64,000 nt of DNA from Candidatus Latescibacterota bacterium (GTDB lineage: Bacteria; Latescibacterota; UBA2968; UBA8231). Positions within the stretch are counted from its first letter, which is position 1. Each line of letters begins with the position of its first letter. The DNA lies in the NCBI GenBank assembly GCA_965248265.1, contig CBDFJF010000002.1, positions 1,024,001 through 1,088,000 of the forward strand, given 5' to 3'. The position numbers and the translations under genes were made by a program. Of the stretch, positions 57,643 to 64,000 are shown in pieces. Under the pieces are notes generated by a model. That model did no database searches. It saw only the letters and a list, made by a program, of their open reading frames with translations, and was not told where the DNA came from.

Positions 57643-58404
57643 ATGTCCATCGTTACGTTGACCACCGATTTCGGCTGGCAAGATGGTTATGTGGGTGCGA
57701 TGAAGGGCGTAATCGCATCCCTTGCACCGGACGCGAAAATAGTAGACATCGCCCACGAAGTCCCAGCTCAAGACATCCCAGCTGGGGCCTACATACTGAG
57801 TCAGGCGGCGCCGCACTTTCCCGAAAACACAATTCATCTAGCGGTGGTGGATCCAGGCGTCGGCAGCGAGCGCGTCGGGATCATCTTGCGTGCAGGCCAA
57901 CACTGGTATGTCGGCCCAGACAACGGCTTGTTTGACTTGGTTGCCCCAAAACCCAACGAGGCCTACCAAATCAAGGACGAGCCGTTTCGAATCTCGACGC
58001 CTTCCTCTACGTTTCATGGCCGGGACATCTTTGCAGTTGCCGCGGCCCAACTTGCGCTCGGAACGCCTGCCCATCAGGCCGGGCCGCCGTGTTTCCGTCA
58101 CCCCTCGAGCACAGTGTATGCCGCCCAAGTTGTGCACATCGACCGCTACGGAAACATCATCACCAATCTGCGCGGCGCGGATCTGGCACCGGGGAAATCG
58201 TTCTGTGTAGGAGATAAGCTCACCGCTGAAATCCGCTCCACTTATGCCGCGGTGGAGATCGGCCAACCAGTAGCCTACGTGGGCTCGGCCGGAACGCTCG
58301 AGTTCGCGATCCGCAACGGCAATGCGGCTCAAGAATTCTCGTTGACGCGCGGAATGCCCGTCTTCGAAGTCAACACTGAGATGAATCCAAAGCCGCATGC
58401 ATGA
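57643..58404 (+). CDS. DUF62 SAM hydroxide adenosyltransferase (SAM hydrolase)
   Basis: LTTDFG, VVDPGVG..R, GPDNG, TFHGRDIF, ID.YGN..TN. Confidence 0.9.
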   Translation: MSIVTLTTDFGWQDGYVGAMKGVIASLAPDAKIVDIAHEVPAQDIPAGAYILSQAAPHFPENTIHLAVVDPGVGSERVGIILRAGQHWYVGPDNGLFDLVAPKPNEAYQIKDEPFRISTPSSTFHGRDIFAVAAAQLALGTPAHQAGPPCFRHPSSTVYAAQVVHIDRYGNIITNLRGADLAPGKSFCVGDKLTAEIRSTYAAVEIGQPVAYVGSAGTLEFAIRNGNAAQEFSLTRGMPVFEVNTEMNPKPHA

Positions 58405-58434
58405 GGCGGCCGTACCAACGGGGAGAGAGGGGAC

Positions 58435-59895
58435 ATGCACCACACACCCATAGACGTGGGGTCCAGAAAGCAGCTGCTCTTCGACGAGCTGCTCGTTGCG
58501 AGCAAACGCGACATCTCGCTCGTCGTCAATAAACCCTATCAAGACCCTGATCCGGTGCTGGTGGCGGACCGGCCCTGGGAGTCTGGTGGGATCGGCAGCT
58601 ACAACACCGTGATGTGCGAAGACGGTGTCTTCCGAATGTGGTACGATGCCCTGATGAAGCCGGGGGATCGGGGAGCCAGGTTCGACAGGCAACTGTGTTA
58701 CGCCGAGTCCACCGACGGGGTGCACTGGGAAAAACCCGAGCTGGGCTTGATCCGATTTGGCCGTTCCAAACGCAATAACATCGTCAGTCCGCCAAGCGGT
58801 ACCCAGAGTCAGCAGGGCGCCACAGTCTTCCGCGACGATCAGGCGCCCAAAAGCGAGCGCTACAAGGCCTGGACCAAGCTGAACCCGGCGTTCCGGCAGA
58901 CATCATCGACTCGATCGGGTGGGTTGCGCGCACTGGTCTCTCCTGATGGCCTGCGCTGGAAGTTCCTGGACGAAGGCTATCCCCTGCATAAAGGCAACGC
59001 CGCCGACAGCCAGAACATCGCCTTCTGGGATGAGGAACAAGGCTGCTACGTCGCCTACGTGCGCATGAAGCGCTTGCCCAGGGGTCGGGACCGCACCTGC
59101 TGGGTGGGCCGGATGACGTCACGCGATTTCCGCAACTGGACGCGGGCAAAGACCGTCTTCGCGGCGGACAAGACCGACGAGGCGATGCCCCTGCCGGCGG
59201 GCACGAAAGCGCGCCAGCCCGTGCTGGATTTCTATACCCCCGGCGGCATGAAATACCCGGGAGCTCCATCCAGCTACCTGCTCTTCCCCTCGGCCTACCA
59301 CCATTGGGACGAGGGCCGGTTTCCCGGTACCATCGACGTGATCCTGCTTACCAGCCGCGACGGCATTCATTGGCACAGGCCATCCGAGCGAGCCCCCTAC
59401 CTGCGCCTCGGCCTGGACGGGAGCCCGAATTGCGGCATGCTCAACGTCAACCCCTGGCCCATCGTCGTCGGCGACGAGGTCTGGATCTACTACGGTGGTG
59501 TCGGGCGGTCACACCTGGAAGAGAGAACCGATCCGAGTGAGTCGGGCCTTTTTCGCGCCCGCTTACGCCTGGATGGTTTCATGTCTGCCGATGCGCCCGC
59601 CGGCGGCGGGGTCTTTACCACCCCACCCCTCACCTTCGAAGGGGACCGTCTCGAACTCAACGTCGACACCAGTGCCGGCGGATGGGCGCAGGTGGAGATC
59701 CGCAGCGGCAGCGGCCGGCCGCTGTCAGGATTTACCCAGGACGCCTGCGACGTCGTTCGCTCAAACGCAACGCAAAGAATCGTGACCTGGAATGGAAGCT
59801 CCGACTGTTCGGACCTGGCCGGCAAACCGGTGCGCCTGCGATTTACCATGCGCGCGACAAAACTCTACGCCTTTCAGTTTACGTCTTCGCTCTGA
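58435..59895 (+). CDS. Putative beta-propeller glycoside-hydrolase-like protein
   Basis: Repeated S.DG..W Asp-box-like motifs, DSQN, RLDGF, C-terminal beta-sandwich. Confidence 0.7.
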   Translation: MHHTPIDVGSRKQLLFDELLVASKRDISLVVNKPYQDPDPVLVADRPWESGGIGSYNTVMCEDGVFRMWYDALMKPGDRGARFDRQLCYAESTDGVHWEKPELGLIRFGRSKRNNIVSPPSGTQSQQGATVFRDDQAPKSERYKAWTKLNPAFRQTSSTRSGGLRALVSPDGLRWKFLDEGYPLHKGNAADSQNIAFWDEEQGCYVAYVRMKRLPRGRDRTCWVGRMTSRDFRNWTRAKTVFAADKTDEAMPLPAGTKARQPVLDFYTPGGMKYPGAPSSYLLFPSAYHHWDEGRFPGTIDVILLTSRDGIHWHRPSERAPYLRLGLDGSPNCGMLNVNPWPIVVGDEVWIYYGGVGRSHLEERTDPSESGLFRARLRLDGFMSADAPAGGGVFTTPPLTFEGDRLELNVDTSAGGWAQVEIRSGSGRPLSGFTQDACDVVRSNATQRIVTWNGSSDCSDLAGKPVRLRFTMRATKLYAFQFTSSL

Positions 59896-60766
59896 TCGTC
59901 TGCTCAACATCCCGTTTGTAATCGTCTCCCATCACACTCATGGCGCGGTCGATTCCCGACCCCTTTGAGGCTTGGAGATCCAGATCGGTGACCGGTAGCA
60001 ACGAGGTGACGTTGGCGTTGCCGCGGAGGAACTTCTCCGCCAGGTTGACGCCGGCGCACCAGCCGTAGTGACCGTAGAGGCGCATGATGCGCTGGCGCGC
60101 GTATGCCGGTGTGTGTCCCTGCGACTCGTAGCTCATCTCGGCCTCGATGCGCTGCTCTTCCCAATCTGATATATCGACGTAGACGTCAACTTCGTCCGAG
60201 GGTTGGGACGGAGCGCAGTAATAGATGCGGGCCGGTTTGTGGGGAACCCGCTTCTGGCCTTGACGCGGATGGCCGGCGAGGACGAGGGCGTCATTGACGA
60301 TGGCAGCCGTCATGGTATGGTCGTCCTGGGCATTGGAGGTGCGGCTCTTTGTCTGCTTGGAGGGCACCTCCGTGATCAACACGTCCGGCTTGACCTCGCA
60401 GATGAGGTCGGCGACGTCCTCCATCAACTCATCGCCGGGTTTCAGGGGTTTGTCCGGGTAGCCCATGAAGCGCACTTCGTCGATGCCGAACAAGGCGCAG
60501 GCGCGTCTAGCCTCGTCGTACTTCTGCTCCGTGTACTCGTTGCGATCCTGCTCTGTCACGCCGGCATCGCGCTCTCCTTCACCCTTGCGCAACTCCTCGA
60601 AAAGCCTCTCGTTGTGCGTACCACCCCCATCGGTCAAAATAGCGACGGTGACGCTGTCGCCATTGTTGACGTGATTGCCCATCGTTCCCAGGGCGTGGGT
60701 AAGGTCATGAGGATGGGCAAAGAGTCCCAGCAGCTGCACCTTCGTCGTCGTCTGCAACCAATTCAT
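59879..60766 (-). CDS. PIG-L/LmbE family deacetylase
   Basis: AHPHD, TDGG, EA..A...G, PD, DDH, AE.F. Start at ATG 60766 with AGGAG. Confidence 0.85.
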   Translation of the reverse strand: MNWLQTTTKVQLLGLFAHPHDLTHALGTMGNHVNNGDSVTVAILTDGGGTHNERLFEELRKGEGERDAGVTEQDRNEYTEQKYDEARRACALFGIDEVRFMGYPDKPLKPGDELMEDVADLICEVKPDVLITEVPSKQTKSRTSNAQDDHTMTAAIVNDALVLAGHPRQGQKRVPHKPARIYYCAPSQPSDEVDVYVDISDWEEQRIEAEMSYESQGHTPAYARQRIMRLYGHYGWCAGVNLAEKFLRGNANVTSLLPVTDLDLQASKGSGIDRAMSVMGDDYKRDVEQTIRAKT

Positions 60767-60930
60767 AATCATCTCCTCGTTCGTGATCGATATCTGCGTC
60801 GGTGACCGGCAAACGTAGCGCAACGGGTCATCGTCCTCCAGCAGCCCTGACGCGTCGACGAGTGACCACGATTGGGTTATAATCGGCGGCGCAGAGGCAT
60901 TGGAAGCATTCAGCATACGGAGATGGCGAG

Positions 60931-61770
60931 ATGGCATCGAGATTGACTGCTGAGCGAGTACAGGAATACCGCGACCAGGGCTTCCTCATCGTCGATGAGC
61001 CCCTGTTCTCACCGGATAAATTCGCGGCCTTCAAACAGCGCTTCGAGATGCACCTGCAGGTGTGGGAAGAAGTCGTGGGCTCTCCCACTGAATCCATCGA
61101 TCGCGCCCACTTCGTCGACCCCGTGCTCAACGACTGGCTGCTGGCGGACGAAGTGCTCGACCTGGTCGAGCCGCTGATCGGTCCGGACATTGCCCTGTTC
61201 GCCAGCTCCTGCCTCAACAAGCTTTCGACCGTTGGCAAGAGGGTTCCATGGCACGAAGACGGCTCCTACTGGAAACCCCTGGCCTCAAACCGCATCGAGG
61301 TGGCCACGGTGTGGCTGGCGATCGATGCATCGACGACGGACAACGGCTGCATGCGGGTCATTCCCGGATCACACCTGCAGCGTGATCGCGAGCACGAGCG
61401 TGTCGACGACGTCAGCGAGGTCCTGCTCAAGAACGAGGTCAGAGAGGATCTGTTCGACGAATCTACGGCCGCGGACTGCGTTCTCGAGCCGAATCACTGC
61501 AGTCTTCACGATGCCTACCTGATTCACGGCTCGGGCGCCACCAAAAAAAGGGCGCGCCGTTGCGGTTACCAGATGCGCTACATGCCCACGACGGTCAAGT
61601 CATCGGATCACGATGGCCAACAGGTCTATCTCGCTCGCGGCGTCGATCACGCCGGCAACGACTATGCCGATCCGGGCGCTGTCAATGAGCGCCGGTTGAA
61701 GGACAATCCCAGGATGCAACAGATCGCCCGCATGTGTGCCGAATCGCAAGCCGGCCTAAGCCGTGGTTGA
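60931..61770 (+). CDS. PhyH family Fe(II)/2OG oxygenase
   Basis: WHED, NGCMRVIPGSH, IHGS, R.GYQMRY. Confidence 0.92.
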   Translation: MASRLTAERVQEYRDQGFLIVDEPLFSPDKFAAFKQRFEMHLQVWEEVVGSPTESIDRAHFVDPVLNDWLLADEVLDLVEPLIGPDIALFASSCLNKLSTVGKRVPWHEDGSYWKPLASNRIEVATVWLAIDASTTDNGCMRVIPGSHLQRDREHERVDDVSEVLLKNEVREDLFDESTAADCVLEPNHCSLHDAYLIHGSGATKKRARRCGYQMRYMPTTVKSSDHDGQQVYLARGVDHAGNDYADPGAVNERRLKDNPRMQQIARMCAESQAGLSRG

Positions 61771-61800
61771 GCGGGACTCTCTCGAAGAGGAGGGCGCAAC

Positions 61801-62760
61801 ATGGAGACAATACGAGTCGGTGTCATAGGTGCAGGCGGGAAGGCGCGCCAGCACATGGGATTCATGAGCGCGTTCGAGGAGGTCGAATTCGCCGCCCTCT
61901 GCGATCCGCTGGAAGAGGAACGCACCATTACCGGCGAGAAGTTCCAGATCGGTGCTCGATTCGCCGACATCGACGAAATGCTGGAATCGACAGAGCTCGA
62001 CGCCGCTGTGGTTTCGACGCCCCCGGAGCTCAATGCGCCGGCCGCCAGGACATGTCTGGAACGCGGCATCCACACTTTACTCGAAAAACCCCCGGGGATG
62101 ACGGTGGGAGAAACCCGGGAATTGCGGGACACGGCCGCGAGGACTGGCGCCCGGGGCATGGTCGGCTTCAACCGGCGCTTCCACGATCAGATCTGCAGGG
62201 CACGTGAGATGGTCACACAGCGCGGTCCGGTCGTCCAGCTCGTCGGTGAGTTCCACAAAAGCATCGACATGCTCGAGGGCCGTTATGGCAGCAGACCAGC
62301 GCTCATGGACAACTGGCTAGTCGCCAACGACATCCACGCCATCGACCTCGTCCGCTGCATCGCCGATGCCGAGGTGGAAGAGGTGCACAGCTTCGCGCGC
62401 CGGGCGTTCTCCAAATACTGCGACCTCCACGGCGCCCTCGTCGTCTTCTCAAACCAGTGCGTCGCTCACTTCATCTTCAACTACACCACCGACAGCCGCA
62501 TGGAACGCTACGAGATTCACGGGCGTGGTATTTCAGCTTACCTGGAGGGCGTCAAACAGGGCGTCGTCTTCTGCGACGGCGAGCGCCATGAGTTGCCAGA
62601 GCCTGACGACGGATTGGGAGGCACACGAGGCGAGGACCACCATTTCATCCGCTGCCTGCTGGAGGATCGCCCGATAGAAGCTCCTGCGCCGAACCTGGAC
62701 GAAGCCGTCAAGACCATGGAACTGGCCGAGGCCATTCGAGGTGGGCTGCGCGAGGAGTAG
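61801..62760 (+). CDS. Gfo/Idh/MocA oxidoreductase
   Basis: GVIGAGG, EKP, GFNRRF, IH.ID. Confidence 0.93.
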   Translation: METIRVGVIGAGGKARQHMGFMSAFEEVEFAALCDPLEEERTITGEKFQIGARFADIDEMLESTELDAAVVSTPPELNAPAARTCLERGIHTLLEKPPGMTVGETRELRDTAARTGARGMVGFNRRFHDQICRAREMVTQRGPVVQLVGEFHKSIDMLEGRYGSRPALMDNWLVANDIHAIDLVRCIADAEVEEVHSFARRAFSKYCDLHGALVVFSNQCVAHFIFNYTTDSRMERYEIHGRGISAYLEGVKQGVVFCDGERHELPEPDDGLGGTRGEDHHFIRCLLEDRPIEAPAPNLDEAVKTMELAEAIRGGLREE

Positions 62761-62769
62761 AGGGCCAGT

Positions 62770-64000
62770 CTACCGCAGCAGGGTCATGGTCCTGGTCTGG
62801 TCGAGTCCGGCCACTGACGCTTCGAGGCGATACACGTAGGTCCCGCTTGCCACGGGGACGCCGGCCTCATTCCTGCCGTCCCAGGACAGCAGGTAATAGC
62901 CGGCCGCCTGCTCGCCTTGCATCAACGTGCGTACGAGCTGACCCACGGTGTCGTACACCCGCACCGAGACGGGGCTGCTCTGCGGCAGGCTCACCTGGAT
63001 GTGGGTCGCCGGGTTGAACGGATTGGGGTAGTTCTGGCCAAGGGCGAATTGGGAGGGCAGGCGCTCGCCCGCTTCCTCTTCCTCGACCGCTGTCGCTGTC
63101 ACCGGCGGTGCCTCGATGATGCCCTCGCCCTCCCATCGGGGTGCTCCCTGCCAGTAGGTGTCCCAGGCGAACCACATGGAGTTGTACGCAGGTACCTGCT
63201 CCAGCCTCTGACCTTCGAGCTCACCACCCTCCATGGCGTGCCCCAGCATGTTCCACCTCATACCGGTCTCCACATCCTGGAATTCGACAGGCAGATCGCC
63301 TGTGGCCTCGACGGCGTAGAAGGTCAGCTCGCGTCCGCCGACGCGGCTGAAATACGGAATGGCGGTGTTGGAGTCCCTGTCGAAGGTGATGACGACCGGC
63401 TCGCCCCCAAGTTCGTCGTTGATGACCGCGCCGTCGGGCATGGCATCGAAGGAATAGGACTTGGCCTCCCCGTTCCGGCAGAGGCCGAGGACGACGTTTT
63501 TAAGGTGGACAGTGTCGAGATCCGGAGAATCCGTCGTCACCGGAAATATGAGGCGATTGCTGGTGCGGTAGTCATTGTAGGGGTATGTCTCGTAGCGGCT
63601 GATATTCGCGTAGCGTGCCTGCTTCCCTTCAGAGTAAGACTCCAATCCAGTCCCGGGTACGGCGACCTCCGTATCGGGGTACATCCGTTTCCACATACCC
63701 CAAGTCGTTTCCACCATGGTCAGCAGCTCCAATTCCGTTCCTTCACCGGGGCCGGAGAAGGCGGTGTAGATCATCTGTGGAATGAGGGTCTCGAAGTCGC
63801 GGCGATCGTACATGATCAGATTGCTGTTCATGAGCAGACCGGAAACGCCCAACTCGAACGGCTGGCCGTCTTCACCAGTGGCATTGAAATTCAGGGCCGT
63901 CCCCGTCAGCGGACAAAAGGTCACGGAAATGCCTTGACCACCGATCACGTCGTTGACGATCTCGTGGTGCCAGCCCAGCGCCTGCGTATACGCCTTGGCG
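62770..64000 (-). CDS. DUF3179 protein with C-terminal FlgD-Ig / T9SS-like sorting domain; 5' partial
   Basis: HHEIVND, TFCPLTG, GVSGLL..SNL.MYDR, WFAW; acidic linker then QNYPNPFNP...WDG.N..G..VASG.Y. Confidence 0.85.
   Translation of the reverse strand, partial: AKAYTQALGWHHEIVNDVIGGQGISVTFCPLTGTALNFNATGEDGQPFELGVSGLLMNSNLIMYDRRDFETLIPQMIYTAFSGPGEGTELELLTMVETTWGMWKRMYPDTEVAVPGTGLESYSEGKQARYANISRYETYPYNDYRTSNRLIFPVTTDSPDLDTVHLKNVVLGLCRNGEAKSYSFDAMPDGAVINDELGGEPVVITFDRDSNTAIPYFSRVGGRELTFYAVEATGDLPVEFQDVETGMRWNMLGHAMEGGELEGQRLEQVPAYNSMWFAWDTYWQGAPRWEGEGIIEAPPVTATAVEEEEAGERLPSQFALGQNYPNPFNPATHIQVSLPQSSPVSVRVYDTVGQLVRTLMQGEQAAGYYLLSWDGRNEAGVPVASGTYVYRLEASVAGLDQTRTMTLLR

Noticed and set aside
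57643-58404. SAM-dependent chlorinase/fluorinase
   Set aside because: It has the Asp-Arg-His hydrolase signature (VVDPGVG..R, TFHGRD), so a SAM hydrolase is more likely than a halogenase.
63880-64000. Selenocysteine in DUF3179
   Set aside because: The motif codon is TGT (Cys) and there is no in-frame TGA in the visible part.

Overview
GC-rich bacterial chromosomal segment, probably from an FCB-superphylum lineage such as Ca. Latescibacterota. This is inferred from a PorU-like protein, FlgD-Ig C-terminal domains, a DUF6785/6784-type membrane protein, four PhyH dioxygenases and two sulfatases. Most of the window (1-33 kb, 47-64 kb) is intact catabolic or housekeeping genes. The interval from about 33.7 to 47.2 kb is a decaying plasticity zone. 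It holds two lesioned tRNA genes (Arg-TCT with an 8-nt anticodon loop, His-GTG), four IS91/ISCR-type transposase remnants that the ORF track mostly misses, several pseudogenes, a heptose-type operon, and two AT-rich cargo blocks of surface-glycan genes (methyltransferases, an SGNH remnant, GT2 plus a TMTC-like GT-C). Best novelty candidates: an IS91/ISCR shell whose transposase middle is replaced by foreign glycan cargo; a GT2/TMTC-like protein glycosylation module; a PorU sortase homolog with Ser at the catalytic Cys; an HxG (halogenase-type) Fe/2OG enzyme; and the degenerate tRNA pair. All family calls come from motif recognition by eye; no searches were run.
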